Origin: an uncultured candidate division Zixibacteria bacterium
GTDB taxonomy: Bacteria > Zixibacteria > MSB-5A5 > GN15 > FEB-12
DNA: 64,000 nucleotides
Assembly: GCA_963664195.1 (NCBI GenBank)
Contig: OY760907.1
Coordinates: 2,688,001 to 2,752,000 of the forward strand
Direction: 5' to 3'
The notes beneath the pieces were generated by a model. It was not told the origin of the DNA and did no database searches. It saw only the letters and a program-made list of their open reading frames with translations. Numbering within the stretch: the stretch's first letter is position 1; every line of letters starts with the position of its first letter. A program made the position numbers and the translations under genes. This document shows positions 19,449 to 29,800 of this stretch, piece by piece.

Positions 19449-20204
19449 ATGACAGAGACGAACATCAAGATAGTGATCGAATACGAGGGCACCAATTACG
19501 CTGGCTGGCAGGTGCAGGACGGGCAACCGACCATACAGGGCGAACTGGTGGCTGCCATCAAAAAGACCACCGGAATAGAGGTAAACCTGATTGGAGCCGG
19601 TAGAACAGATGCCGGTGTTCATGCGCTAGGACAGGTGGCCAACTTCAAAATCGACCATCGGCTGGAGCCGGAACGGTACCGCGATGCCCTGAATTACTAT
19701 CTTCGGGAGGATATCCGCGTCAAGTCTTCCGAAGCGGTCGACATGGATTTCCACTCACGATTTGGCGCCACCGCTCGGCACTATCGGTACGTTGTATCGC
19801 ATGAGAAGTCCGCCATTAACAGGAATCTCAGGCTCTATTGCCCGCACAGGCTTGATCTCTCGGTGCTGAAGAAGGCGGGGGAGGCAGCCCTTGGTACGCA
19901 CGATTTTGCGCCGTTCTGTGTGGTTGCCTCGCGAAAGGAAAACAACGAATGCCAGGTCGTTTTCTCCAAATGGCGGCAGATCGGGCCTCTGTTGGTCTAT
20001 GAGATCCGCGCCAACCGTTTTCTGCACAGTATGGTGCGTTCTCTCGTGGGGGCGATGCTGAACCTTGCCTCCGTCGAACAGGACCACAACAGGCTTAACT
20101 TGACTTTGGATTCCTTTAGAAATATCATAAACGCCAAAACAGAACAACGAGTGGCGTTCACTGCGCCCGCCCACGGGCTGTATCTCGTGCGCGTAGCATA
20201 CTGA
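19449..20204 (+). CDS. truA: tRNA pseudouridine(38-40) synthase
   Basis: [38 protein letters not shown]; start ATG 19449. Confidence 0.96.
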   Translation: MTETNIKIVIEYEGTNYAGWQVQDGQPTIQGELVAAIKKTTGIEVNLIGAGRTDAGVHALGQVANFKIDHRLEPERYRDALNYYLREDIRVKSSEAVDMDFHSRFGATARHYRYVVSHEKSAINRNLRLYCPHRLDLSVLKKAGEAALGTHDFAPFCVVASRKENNECQVVFSKWRQIGPLLVYEIRANRFLHSMVRSLVGAMLNLASVEQDHNRLNLTLDSFRNIINAKTEQRVAFTAPAHGLYLVRVAY

Positions 20205-20220
20205 GCAAAGGAAATGCACG

Positions 20221-20868
20221 ATGAAATTCTTCATTGACACTGCCAATATCGACGAAATTAAACAGGGAATGGCTATGGGGGTGCTCGACGGCGTCACCAC
20301 CAACCCGTCGCTGGCCGCCAAAGAGGACGCCCCTTACCGTGAACTACTGGCCGAAATCTGCAAAATATGCCCGGGACCGATATCCGCTGAAGTGCTCTCA
20401 ACCGACACCGCAGGCATGATCAAGGAAGCCGAAGAGCTGGTCAAGATTGCCGACAATATCGTCATCAAGATACCGACTATCCTCGCCGGCCTTCCCGCCA
20501 TCAAGACGCTCTCAGACCAGGGCATCAAGACCAACGCTACGCTCGTTTTCAGCGCCATGCAGGCATTGCTCGTGGCCAAAGCCGGAGCCACGTACGTGTC
20601 GCCGTTTGTCGGACGGTTGGATGACATCTCCACCGACGGTATGGACCTGATTGCCGATATCTGCGCGATCTACAACAATTATATCTACGACACGGAAGTG
20701 CTGGTTGCATCGGTCCGCAATCCGATCCATGTGCTGGAGTCAGCAAGACTCGGAGCGGACGTCATTACGATGCCGCTGAAAGTGATCGGTCAGCTGATCA
20801 AGCATCCGCAGACTGACATCGGCCTGGCCAAGTTCCTCGCCGACTACGAAAAAGCAGGGAAGAACTAA
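20221..20868 (+). CDS. tal: Transaldolase / fructose-6-phosphate aldolase (short type)
   Basis: FIDTA, GVTTNPS, Schiff-base [14 protein letters not shown]. Confidence 0.9.
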   Translation: MKFFIDTANIDEIKQGMAMGVLDGVTTNPSLAAKEDAPYRELLAEICKICPGPISAEVLSTDTAGMIKEAEELVKIADNIVIKIPTILAGLPAIKTLSDQGIKTNATLVFSAMQALLVAKAGATYVSPFVGRLDDISTDGMDLIADICAIYNNYIYDTEVLVASVRNPIHVLESARLGADVITMPLKVIGQLIKHPQTDIGLAKFLADYEKAGKN

Positions 20869-22163
20869 TGATAGAGCGGTACACTCTCCCGGAAATGGGC
20901 AGCCTCTGGACTGATGAGGCGAAGTACCAGAGTTGGCTGGAGGTAGAGACCCAGGCCGCCCTGGCAATGGCTCGCCACAAGATCATCCCGATGAAAGCCG
21001 CGAAGGCTATCGAGAAAAAGGGTAAGTTCAGCGTTGACCGTATCAACGTGATTGAGGCTGAGATCAATCACGATGTCATAGCGTTTCTTACGTCAGTCAC
21101 TGAGTTTGTCGGCGACGACGCCAAGTGGTTGCATTACGGGATGACCTCTTCGGACATGCTGGATACTGCCCTGTCACTCCAATTGAAACGGGCCGCCGTG
21201 ATTATCAACAAGAAGCTCGATACGGCGCTCCGCCTTATCAAGGGACTGGCCAAAAGGTACAAGATGGCCCCCTGTATCGGACGTACCCACGGCGTTCTGG
21301 CCGAGCCTACTACTGCCGGACTGAAGTTCGCCGTCTGGTATAGCGAGTTGAAGCGCCGTCAAGTGACTTTTCAGAGAGCAGCCGAGACCGTAGCTGTCGG
21401 GGCGATATCAGGCGCAGTAGGCAATTACGCCAATCTTCCGCCGAAAATCGAGGCCGAGGTTTGCCGCAAACTGGGGCTGAAAACGGCCGCGGTTTCCACG
21501 CAGGTTGTACAACGAGATCGTCACGCCGAGTTCATTGCCTCTATGGCGCTGGTCGGATCTTCTCTGGAGAAATTCGCTACCGAGATCCGCAACCTCCAGC
21601 GCACTGAAATAGGGGAGATGGCCGAAGGTTTCACCAAGGGTCAGAAGGGTTCGTCGGCAATGCCGCACAAAAAGAACCCGATCACTGCCGAACGTGTTAC
21701 AGGTATAGCAAGGCTGCTTCGGGGATACTCGGTTTCGGCGATGGAAAACGTGGCGCTCTGGCATGAGCGGGACATCGCTCACTCGTCGGTAGAACGGGTC
21801 ATTATTCCGGACTCCACGATTATCCTCGATTACGGTTTGCACAAGTTCAACGGCATCCTTGAGGGGTTGGTCGTGAACAAAAAGCGGATGATGGACAACA
21901 TTTTTTACGGCGGCGGGCTCGTCTTCTCACAGCGTCTGCTGCTGAAACTTGCTGGCCCGATGGGCTCGCGTGACAAGGCGTACCGCGTGGTTCAACGCAA
22001 CGGTATGATTGCCCAGGAAGGCAAGGGCCTGTTCCGGGAATTGATCAAGCGAGACCCCGATGTGCTGCAGCATGTTAGTCCCGAAGAGATAGACAGTTGT
22101 TTCGATCTCGCTTACTACACCAAAGAGGTCGATACGATTTTCAAGAGGGTATTCGGTAAATGA
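20868..22163 (+). CDS. purB: Adenylosuccinate lyase
   Basis: MIERY, GRTHG, GSSAMPHKKNP, WHERDIAHSS. Confidence 0.97.
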   Translation: MIERYTLPEMGSLWTDEAKYQSWLEVETQAALAMARHKIIPMKAAKAIEKKGKFSVDRINVIEAEINHDVIAFLTSVTEFVGDDAKWLHYGMTSSDMLDTALSLQLKRAAVIINKKLDTALRLIKGLAKRYKMAPCIGRTHGVLAEPTTAGLKFAVWYSELKRRQVTFQRAAETVAVGAISGAVGNYANLPPKIEAEVCRKLGLKTAAVSTQVVQRDRHAEFIASMALVGSSLEKFATEIRNLQRTEIGEMAEGFTKGQKGSSAMPHKKNPITAERVTGIARLLRGYSVSAMENVALWHERDIAHSSVERVIIPDSTIILDYGLHKFNGILEGLVVNKKRMMDNIFYGGGLVFSQRLLLKLAGPMGSRDKAYRVVQRNGMIAQEGKGLFRELIKRDPDVLQHVSPEEIDSCFDLAYYTKEVDTIFKRVFGK

Positions 22164-22864
22164 TCGCGCGTGAGGGGCTGCCCTTCATATTCATCGGCTT
22201 CGTGTTCACGCTGATACTCATCTGGATTGCCGTGAAGTGGGACAACTGGCCGACCTTTGCCCTGAGCGTTGTCTTCGGCATACTCACGCTGTTCACGACA
22301 TTCTTTTTCCGCGACCCGGAGCGCAGCATTGAGCTACAGCCGAATATGCTCGTGGCTCCGGCCGACGGCAAAATAATCGAGATAGACACCATTCCGAACC
22401 ATCCGTTTGTCGGCGGTGAGACCATTCAGGTCTCTATCTTCCTCTCGGTCTTCGACGTGCACGTCAATCGCATACCGGCCAATGGGACTATTGACTACGT
22501 CAACTACAACAAGGGGAAGTTTTTCGCAGCCTTCGAGGACAAAGCCTCGGAACTGAACGAGCAGACGGAAATCGGCATGACCACCGAGTCGGGCCAGAAG
22601 ATCGCTTTCAAGCAGATTGCCGGCCTGATAGCGCGGCGTATCGTTTGCCGACTGACTCCGGAGCAGAGCGTGACCGGCGGTGATCGGTTCGGGATAATCC
22701 GGTTTGGCTCGCGAACCGATCTGCTGGTGCCGATAGACAGCCGTATCACTGTCGAGGTCGGCGATCGCGTCAAAGGAGGCGAAACACCGATGGGGTTCCT
22801 ATCCGGCAAACCAGTGGAACGAGAATCCGCAACGGTCGTAAGGGAAGACAATGAGAGACTATAG
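22160..22864 (+). CDS. psd: Phosphatidylserine decarboxylase proenzyme
   Basis: FFRDPER, APADG, SIFLSVFDVHVNR, self-cleavage motif IRFGSR. Confidence 0.93.
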   Translation: MIAREGLPFIFIGFVFTLILIWIAVKWDNWPTFALSVVFGILTLFTTFFFRDPERSIELQPNMLVAPADGKIIEIDTIPNHPFVGGETIQVSIFLSVFDVHVNRIPANGTIDYVNYNKGKFFAAFEDKASELNEQTEIGMTTESGQKIAFKQIAGLIARRIVCRLTPEQSVTGGDRFGIIRFGSRTDLLVPIDSRITVEVGDRVKGGETPMGFLSGKPVERESATVVREDNERL

Positions 22865-23615
22865 AGGCATATTCCCGGGCACGTTTACCATGGGGAATGT
22901 CGTATGTGGTTTTCTCTCAATCCTGTCCTCGTTTGAAGGCAATATCACCACCGCCTGCTGGTTTATCATTCTTGCAGGATTTCTCGATGCCCTCGACGGC
23001 AAGGTCGCACGCCTCAGCGGGACAAGCTCGCAGTTCGGAGTGGAGCTTGATTCTCTGGCGGATTTCCTTTCGTTTGGTGTTGCACCGGCGGTGATCGTCC
23101 ATGCCATCAAACTGACCAATCTCGGCAAGTGGGGTTGGATCATTTCCATCGTCTATATCATGGCTGCCGCCTATCGACTCGCCCGCTACAATCTCACCGC
23201 TGAGACGGACGAAAAGAAGGACTTCTTCGGCCTCCCGGTTCCGGTGGCCGCATTTGGACTCGTCTCGTTTGTGATCTTCAGCTACTCCGTGTGGGGCCAG
23301 TTGGAATACGCCGAATACCTTGTGTCTATGGTCATCGGGTTTGCCTTCCTCATGGTCTCTCAGGTACAGTACGACAGCATTCCGGAGCAGTTTGGGACGG
23401 CGCAGGAACGCATGAAGATGGCCGCCATTGTCCTTGCAGTTATTGCATTGCTGATCAGTCCGAGACTTTTGTTGTTTCCGATTATCGCTTTGTATATATT
23501 GTTCGGATTGATACGGGAAGCGTACCGGCTTTTCTACTTTGGAGTTGGAAAAGTGACCGGACGTCCGCACCAGAGACGAAGCAAAGGCAGAAGGGCTGAC
23601 GATGTCCGAGAATAA
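22851..23615 (+). CDS. pssA: CDP-diacylglycerol--serine O-phosphatidyltransferase
   Basis: CDP-alcohol motif DALDGKVAR..S.FGVELDSLAD; RLARY; follows psd. Confidence 0.92.
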   Translation: MRDYRGIFPGTFTMGNVVCGFLSILSSFEGNITTACWFIILAGFLDALDGKVARLSGTSSQFGVELDSLADFLSFGVAPAVIVHAIKLTNLGKWGWIISIVYIMAAAYRLARYNLTAETDEKKDFFGLPVPVAAFGLVSFVIFSYSVWGQLEYAEYLVSMVIGFAFLMVSQVQYDSIPEQFGTAQERMKMAAIVLAVIALLISPRLLLFPIIALYILFGLIREAYRLFYFGVGKVTGRPHQRRSKGRRADDVRE

Positions 23616-23850
23616 AAAGGCTACAGTATTTGTCCGGCTCAAAGAAGGCGTTCTCGATCCGCAGGGCGTGACCATCCAGAAGGCGCTGGTGCAAATGGGA
23701 TATGACGATTTTCTGTCGGTCCGTTCGGGCCGCTTTTTTGAAATGGAAATTGACGGCAATGCCACCGATATCGACTCCAAGCTCGACGAGGTCTGCTCGC
23801 GGTTGCTGGCAAACCCGGTAATCGAGAAATTCCGCGTGGAGAAAGCCTGA
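23602..23850 (+). CDS. purS: FGAM synthase subunit PurS
   Basis: [10 protein letters not shown] and LLANPVIE motifs. Confidence 0.95.
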   Translation: MSENKKATVFVRLKEGVLDPQGVTIQKALVQMGYDDFLSVRSGRFFEMEIDGNATDIDSKLDEVCSRLLANPVIEKFRVEKA

Positions 23851-24560
23851 TGAAGTTTGGCGTCGTCACATTTCCCGGCTCCAACTGTGACTATGATTCC
23901 TACGCTGCAGTCAAGTTTGTGCTCGGCGAGGAAGTGGATTTCCTGTGGCATAAGTCGACCGACCTGTGCGGCAGCGATGTCGTTATTCTGCCGGGTGGTT
24001 TCTCCTACGGCGATTATCTCCGCTCCGGAGCCATCGCGCGGTTTTCTCCGATTATGAACGAGGTGGTCAAGTTCGCGAAGTCGGGTGGCCTGGTCATCGG
24101 CATCTGCAACGGTTTCCAGGTGTTGACCGAATCCGGGCTGCTTCCGGGGGCGCTGATTCGCAATTCGCATCTTCGTTTTAGCTGCAAACAGGTCTACCTG
24201 CGAGTGGAGAACGATTCCACTCCATACACGAAAGCCTGCAAAAAAGGCGAAGTGTTGAAAGTCCCGATCGCGCACGGTGACGGCAACTACTACGATTTTG
24301 ATGGTGATCTCAAGACACTTGAAGATGCCGGGCAAGTGGTTTTTCGCTATGTCGACCGACACGGCAACGTGACGTCCGGATCCAACCCCAACGGGTCACG
24401 CGAGAATATCGCCGGTATTCTGAACGCCGAAGGAAACGTACTCGGCATGATGCCGCACCCGGAGCGGGCTGTTGAAAGCATTCTCGGCTCGGCCGATGGT
24501 CTCAAGTTGTTTGAATCACTCAAAATGACCGATCCAAAGGCTGCGGTGGAGGGGAAGTGA
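23850..24560 (+). CDS. purQ: FGAM synthase glutaminase subunit PurQ
   Basis: [33 protein letters not shown]. Confidence 0.97.
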   Translation: MKFGVVTFPGSNCDYDSYAAVKFVLGEEVDFLWHKSTDLCGSDVVILPGGFSYGDYLRSGAIARFSPIMNEVVKFAKSGGLVIGICNGFQVLTESGLLPGALIRNSHLRFSCKQVYLRVENDSTPYTKACKKGEVLKVPIAHGDGNYYDFDGDLKTLEDAGQVVFRYVDRHGNVTSGSNPNGSRENIAGILNAEGNVLGMMPHPERAVESILGSADGLKLFESLKMTDPKAAVEGK

Positions 24561-24823
24561 AACGACGAGAGCTGACGTTTCTCATTACGGCCCTGATTCT
24601 GGGCGCCGTTCTAGGAGGCCTGGTAGGCGATATTATCGGGACCTTCCTGCCGCCGGGTGCAGCTAAGACCGTGTTTACGAAGTCTATTCAGATCGGCTTC
24701 CAGCCCACTCAAGTGGACTTTTATGCGATATCGTTCACTTTCGGGCTGCTGCTGAAAATAAACTTTATGTCTGTCTTGCTTGTTCTGCTAGTGATAGTGT
24801 ATTTTCGGTGGTGGTACTTATAG
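24557..24823 (+). CDS. Small two-TM membrane protein (DUF4321-like)
   Basis: [12 protein letters not shown]...[12 protein letters not shown] pattern recalled for DUF4321; overlaps the purQ stop. Confidence 0.65.
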   Translation: MKRRELTFLITALILGAVLGGLVGDIIGTFLPPGAAKTVFTKSIQIGFQPTQVDFYAISFTFGLLLKINFMSVLLVLLVIVYFRWWYL

Positions 24824-24850
24824 AGGCTTCGCCCTCAGGAGGATTGTGAC

Positions 24851-25054
24851 ATGTTTGGTTTAGGACCGTGGGAGCTCTTACTGATATTCCTCGCCGTGTT
24901 GCTGCTTTTCGGCGCCAAAAGGCTGCCCGAAATCGCACAGGGTATGGGCAAAGGAATCAAAGAGTTCAAGAAGGCCATGAAGGATACCTCCGACGAGATC
25001 AAAGGCTCGCTCGATGATGATAAGCCGGAAGAGAAGAAAGACGATTCCAAGTAA
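24851..25054 (+). CDS. tatA: Twin-arginine translocase TatA/E subunit
   Basis: [35 protein letters not shown]. Confidence 0.95.
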   Translation: MFGLGPWELLLIFLAVLLLFGAKRLPEIAQGMGKGIKEFKKAMKDTSDEIKGSLDDDKPEEKKDDSK

Positions 25055-25075
25055 AAGCGGATTGACCTCACACGA

Positions 25076-25534
25076 ATGAAAACAGGTATCACCAAAGAAG
25101 ATATCCAGAAAATCGGCAGCCTGCTGGGCGCGGAAAAGATCACTTTCGACAAGGATCACTACCGCATTAAGATATCCAATCCGGAAGAGAAGCGTATTCT
25201 CATCCTAGAGGTCTATCCCGAGGTCGACCTGGGCAAAGTGCGCGGAATGCTGATAGTCGTCTACACCGGCAACTCTCATCTTCAGCTGCACAACTGCACA
25301 GGATTCGTGATTTCCGAAGAGCTTTGTGAGGTGACGTTTGTTATGGAAACTCCCCGTCAGCTCTCGGGGCTGGTGGTGGAGCGCGGCGCGTCCTGTTCGC
25401 TGTATTCCGGACTCAACCGTGCGTTGATTTCATCCGATTTCACCACGCTGGGCGTTGAAGTTATGCTCTCGGGGGTCGCCTTGTCGCTGGCCGAGGATGT
25501 AATCGGCCCTGAAGGCCCGGCGGATGATGAGTAG
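25076..25534 (+). CDS. Hypothetical cytoplasmic protein
   Basis: Co-oriented 152-aa ORF that ends before a terminator; no motif recognised. Confidence 0.65.
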   Translation: MKTGITKEDIQKIGSLLGAEKITFDKDHYRIKISNPEEKRILILEVYPEVDLGKVRGMLIVVYTGNSHLQLHNCTGFVISEELCEVTFVMETPRQLSGLVVERGASCSLYSGLNRALISSDFTTLGVEVMLSGVALSLAEDVIGPEGPADDE

Positions 25535-25568
25535 TCCGGACCGCTGACGTCAGAGAATCTTGTAAATG

Positions 25569-25603
25569 AAAGAGCCGCCGCACTGAACGTGCGGCGGCTC
25601 TCT
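25569..25603. terminator. Hairpin between convergent genes, probably a bidirectional terminator
   Basis: 13-bp stem AGAGCCGCCGCAC-TGAAC-GTGCGGCGGCTCT. Confidence 0.75.
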
Positions 25604-25629
25604 GTGTATTAGTTGGCTCGCCGATGCAA

Positions 25630-28089
25630 CTAGTGCGCGAATGACTCCACGAAGTCTTTGAGATCGGCCGCCACTTCGGATGCCTTCTGATAGCGAGCGG
25701 ACGGGTCTTTCTTCAGGGCGCGTCCGATAATGTGATCGAACAACAGCGGCACCTGAGGATTGACCGTCGACGGTTTGTCCGGCTCCTTGTTCATGATGGC
25801 GTACATCAGCGACGTGATGTTCTCACCCTTGAACGGACGCCGTCCGAGCAGCATTTCATACATCACTACACCAAGCGAGAAGAGGTCGGCTCGTCGGTCT
25901 ATTGCGAGACCCTTCAACTGCTCAGGCGAGATGTAGTTCGGTGTGCCCATGGCAATACCGGTTTTGGTCATCGAGTTGGAGTCGACACGGGCGATACCGT
26001 AATCCATGACCTTGACGCTGTAATCACTCAGTACCATTATGTTGGCCGGCTTGATATCCCTATGGACAATGCCGCGCTCATGAGCGTATTCCAGTGCCGA
26101 GCAAATCTGCGAAATCATCTGCGCGATGATTCTGTAATTGAAACGGACTTTCTTCTTAATCAAGTCTTCCAGCGTCTGACCTTCAAGGTATTCCATAGCG
26201 ATATACTGGAGGCTGCCCTCAGATCCCACATCGTAAATGGTCACGATATTCGGGTGAGACAGCTTGCCGGCGGCCTGCGCCTCCCGGTGCAGTCGTTCCT
26301 TCAACTCGGCCAGCTCGTTCGGGTCGGTTACAAAGTCCAGGCGAATCGTCTTGAGTGCGACCGGACGGTTGATCGCCGGATCGACACCTTTGTAGACCGT
26401 GCCCATGGCACCCTTGCCAAGCACACCGTCAACCTGGTAGCGTCCGAGATTCTGCACAGCTCCTGCCGGTCCGGGAGCAGTCAGGCCGTTACTGTCGAAT
26501 GCATTTCCGCCTGACTGATTGAACTGATTCTGGCCTATAGGGGCGCTGTCGTTGCCGGTAATGAAGCCAGCTTGAGGAATGCTGTCGCTGGCAGACATCG
26601 AGCCGGACGACGACGCCGCAGGGAAACCACCAGAATCCTGCTGCTGAGCAGCGTCGATATCGATGGTTTGGTGATCGATATGCGCTGAAGAATCCAGCGC
26701 CGATACCTCGCCAGAGCCTGTCAGGGCTCGCGTCTCCAGATTCTCCGGATCGCTTGCCGTAGCTTTCACTTCTCGGACCGGGACTTGCTCCGGCTCCGAC
26801 TGGGCTTTCTTCGGCGCCTTGCGAGGTGGCGCAGCCATCGGTCCATGTTTGGCCTCTTCGCCTGTCATGACCTGCATATCGAGCATCGGGGAGGCGGCAA
26901 TGAACAACACCAGCTCCAAAGCGATGTAAACAGAACTTACGATCATGCTGTAGGAGGCAAACAAGAGGTAGTTGCCGTTGGCCAATAGAATCAGACAGCC
27001 CGCCAGCATCACCAGACGGTAGATCAGGGTAATTCTGGGAAGAACAAAAGCACAGATGCCGCCGAGAGCAAAGAGAATCAACAGGTTGATAGCGGCCAGA
27101 TCACTTCTGACTATCAACATGTTATCGTTGATAATATTTTCCATTATGGTCGCCTTGACGGTCATGGCAGAGGTGCGGCCGTCGACCGGCGTGGCATACA
27201 TTTCTTCGGCGTCTTCGTCACCGATTCCGATTATCACCAGTTTGCCCGCCAGTCTGCTCATGTCGAATCCGGTCTCGAGCAAGGAGGCCGCACTGTAGCG
27301 CTGGAATGGTACGCCCTTGGAGAAGTTGATGAACATCTCGCTCTGGTCGTTGATCGGCACTGTTCTCGCGGTTCCGATCTGTATTTCTTTGCCTTCGATG
27401 ACCTTGATTTGGTCGGGCGTTTGATTCAGGTAGACGGCGGAGGCCAGCAGAGAGACAGAAGGATAATAGTACCCTTCGTAGTTCGCCAGCAGCGGCTGGT
27501 GACGCAGAACGCGGTCATCATCCGGACATCGATAGTTGAAGCCGAGGTACGGCCTGTGTACCAGAAGTTTTTCGGCCGGGAGGAAGACCTTACGTACCAG
27601 CAGGCTGGCCGATTCATCCATCAATCTCGTCGGATTGTCAACCACGACGGAGTTGATGAATAGGTTTTCGGGATTGTCAGTCTTATTTCCGCGGAAAGCT
27701 GCCAGCGCGATATCATAAGTCAAGACGCTCTTCTCGATCCATTGTAACTGCCCCGCGAGCACGTCGGTGAAACCGGCGGAATCCTGCGCGGCGTCTTCAT
27801 TTAGCTCAAAATCGAGAACGATCGCCCTCGGATCGGCAGATGCCGCTGCGGCAGTGAGGTCGCCTATCAGCGCCTGATCCCACGGCCACTGGCCGTATTC
27901 ATCCTGCGACCGGCCGTCGATTGTAACCAGCACCACATTTGGCCTGGGATTTTCTGAGGCCGTGATGCTGCACATCAGATCGTTCAGCGATCGCTGCAGA
28001 TTTTGCATCGGCCCGAAATCGTTGATCGCCAGAATCGCAACCAGAATCGAAATCAGTAAATATAGAATGTATGGAGAATACTTGTTCAT
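25630..28089 (-). CDS. CHASE2-domain transmembrane Hanks-type Ser/Thr kinase
   Basis: CHASE2 motifs VVLVTID..GQWPW, D.DRVLR, GKLVIIG; 3 TM; kinase LGKGAMGTVY, VALK, HRDIKPAN, DYG, GTPNYISPEQ. Confidence 0.92.
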   Translation of the reverse strand: MNKYSPYILYLLISILVAILAINDFGPMQNLQRSLNDLMCSITASENPRPNVVLVTIDGRSQDEYGQWPWDQALIGDLTAAAASADPRAIVLDFELNEDAAQDSAGFTDVLAGQLQWIEKSVLTYDIALAAFRGNKTDNPENLFINSVVVDNPTRLMDESASLLVRKVFLPAEKLLVHRPYLGFNYRCPDDDRVLRHQPLLANYEGYYYPSVSLLASAVYLNQTPDQIKVIEGKEIQIGTARTVPINDQSEMFINFSKGVPFQRYSAASLLETGFDMSRLAGKLVIIGIGDEDAEEMYATPVDGRTSAMTVKATIMENIINDNMLIVRSDLAAINLLILFALGGICAFVLPRITLIYRLVMLAGCLILLANGNYLLFASYSMIVSSVYIALELVLFIAASPMLDMQVMTGEEAKHGPMAAPPRKAPKKAQSEPEQVPVREVKATASDPENLETRALTGSGEVSALDSSAHIDHQTIDIDAAQQQDSGGFPAASSSGSMSASDSIPQAGFITGNDSAPIGQNQFNQSGGNAFDSNGLTAPGPAGAVQNLGRYQVDGVLGKGAMGTVYKGVDPAINRPVALKTIRLDFVTDPNELAELKERLHREAQAAGKLSHPNIVTIYDVGSEGSLQYIAMEYLEGQTLEDLIKKKVRFNYRIIAQMISQICSALEYAHERGIVHRDIKPANIMVLSDYSVKVMDYGIARVDSNSMTKTGIAMGTPNYISPEQLKGLAIDRRADLFSLGVVMYEMLLGRRPFKGENITSLMYAIMNKEPDKPSTVNPQVPLLFDHIIGRALKKDPSARYQKASEVAADLKDFVESFAH

Positions 28090-28101
28090 GCTCGGTTTCC
28101 T

Positions 28102-28830
28102 TTACCGTCCAATCTCCAGCCGCTCTATAAGCATTCGCGGCATTCTGGCTTCGGCCATCTTGGCCTGTGTTTTCTTTACGTCGTACTCGATACGATGGTA
28201 CAATACCGTCATCGGATCAGTCTCCACCACTATATAACATGCTCTGGGATCGTTGTCGCGCGGCTGTCCTACAGAACCGACGTTCACAATGTACCGCGAC
28301 TCCTCATCCGGGTCAAAATCGTGTCCGGCCTGAGAGCGAATACGATCATCCTGCGAGATGCTGAATATCATCGGCACATGCGTATGACCGTTGAAGGCTA
28401 TCGGGTGTTCCATGCATTCAAAGGCCAGGTTCGCGTCGCCGAGTGAAAGAACGTAATGCCACTGGTCTGGCAGATACGGCGACGCGTGGATCAAACGGCA
28501 ACCCTCAAACTCTGCCTCCAGGGCAAAGTCTGCAATCATTGAGACCTCACGGTCCGTCATCGCGTCTTCCGTCCAACTGAGCGAATGTCGGGCGTAGTCG
28601 TTCATAGACTCGACTCCGATTCTCCCAAGAGCGGCGTACTCATGATTGCCCATCAGTTTGATCTCACAACTGGCAGCCACGAGATCGAGACAGGCGATGG
28701 GATCACAGCCGTAGCCTATCACATCACCAAGGCTGTGAATCGTCTTTATGCCCCGTTTCTCGACATCTGCAAGTACCGCTTCCAGCGCTTCGAGATTGCC
28801 GTGGATGTCCGATAGCAGCGCGAATCTCAT
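28102..28830 (-). CDS. Calcineurin-like metallophosphoesterase
   Basis: SDIHGN, LGDVIGYG, GNHE, GHTH, NVGSVGQPRD. Confidence 0.92.
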   Translation of the reverse strand: MRFALLSDIHGNLEALEAVLADVEKRGIKTIHSLGDVIGYGCDPIACLDLVAASCEIKLMGNHEYAALGRIGVESMNDYARHSLSWTEDAMTDREVSMIADFALEAEFEGCRLIHASPYLPDQWHYVLSLGDANLAFECMEHPIAFNGHTHVPMIFSISQDDRIRSQAGHDFDPDEESRYIVNVGSVGQPRDNDPRACYIVVETDPMTVLYHRIEYDVKKTQAKMAEARMPRMLIERLEIGR

Positions 28831-28833
28831 TCG

Positions 28834-29526
28834 TTATTTGCTTTCGACGAACTTAAACGTGGTTTTCCCAACCGTGATGATGTCGCCGTTCTTCAGCAGA
28901 CAAGTATCTATCGGTTCCCCGTTTATTCTTGTACGGCCGCGCTTGCCAAGATTGACAAGGGAATAGCCGTCGTTGTCCTGGACTATTTTGGCTTGGATGC
29001 CGGCCAGGAAAAAGCCTTTTGCCTTGACGTGCACGAACTTGGCCTTGCCAATAGTCGTTACGTCGCGGTCAATCCTGTACTCGGCAAATTCCGCGTTTTC
29101 CTCGCCCATCAGGACCGAGCCACCGAACTTGCTGACGATCTGACGTTCCACGCGGTCGTTCTCGAGCAGCTCTTTCTGCTTCTTGGTATTGAGGACCATC
29201 GTTCCGTCCATGCCGGAAGCATCGGTGCCGCCACCTTCGGCTTCGGTGTGGTACACAAGGGAATACTTCCCGATAGTCACCACATCCTCGTTGCGAAGGA
29301 CTTCCTCGCTGATCTTGCGATTGTTGACAAACGTGCCATTCAGAGACTCATTGTCAATAATGACCGCAGCATTGCTGTTGAACTCGATCATGGCATGCTT
29401 GCGGGAAACCGCACGGTTTTCCAGAACGACGTCGTTTTCATTGGTGCGCCCGATACTGATGCGCTTCTTCTCGGTAACGATTCGCTCGATCACTTTGTCA
29501 TCAAACTTAACCACTATTTCGGCCAT
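28834..29526 (-). CDS. Tandem FHA-domain protein
   Basis: FHA1 has IGR, VSRKHA and SLNGTFVN; FHA2 is degenerate. Start at MAEIVV (29526) after SD AAGGA. Confidence 0.88.
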   Translation of the reverse strand: MAEIVVKFDDKVIERIVTEKKRISIGRTNENDVVLENRAVSRKHAMIEFNSNAAVIIDNESLNGTFVNNRKISEEVLRNEDVVTIGKYSLVYHTEAEGGGTDASGMDGTMVLNTKKQKELLENDRVERQIVSKFGGSVLMGEENAEFAEYRIDRDVTTIGKAKFVHVKAKGFFLAGIQAKIVQDNDGYSLVNLGKRGRTRINGEPIDTCLLKNGDIITVGKTTFKFVESK

Positions 29527-29800
29527 GCCCGAATCCTTTCGATTATTTATGTCCTCGATACCTCCGGTGACGGTCCTCGCTATCAAGGTGCTGCCGCACC
29601 ACACGCTTGTCCGTCCGGCTCTGGTATGACATTATTGTCGGCAGTTCTGCTCCGAAATCAAGTGGCGGAAAGACTGCAAGTTGGCCGAATCAGCTGGCTT
29701 CGGGCGGTTCGAATCTGTTTGATCGAGCACTTTTGGGTTGCCCTGGTCCTTTGAGGAGCCTATATTTGCCGCTAAACCGTTGACAGCAAAGGGTGTGAAG

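Noticed and set aside
22917..24362. 481-aa minus-strand ORF
   Set aside because: Antisense to pssA-purS-purQ, which are unambiguous.
20868..24560. psd-pssA between purB and purSQ, with no purL
   Set aside because: Ordinary mixed housekeeping operon; purL is often encoded elsewhere.
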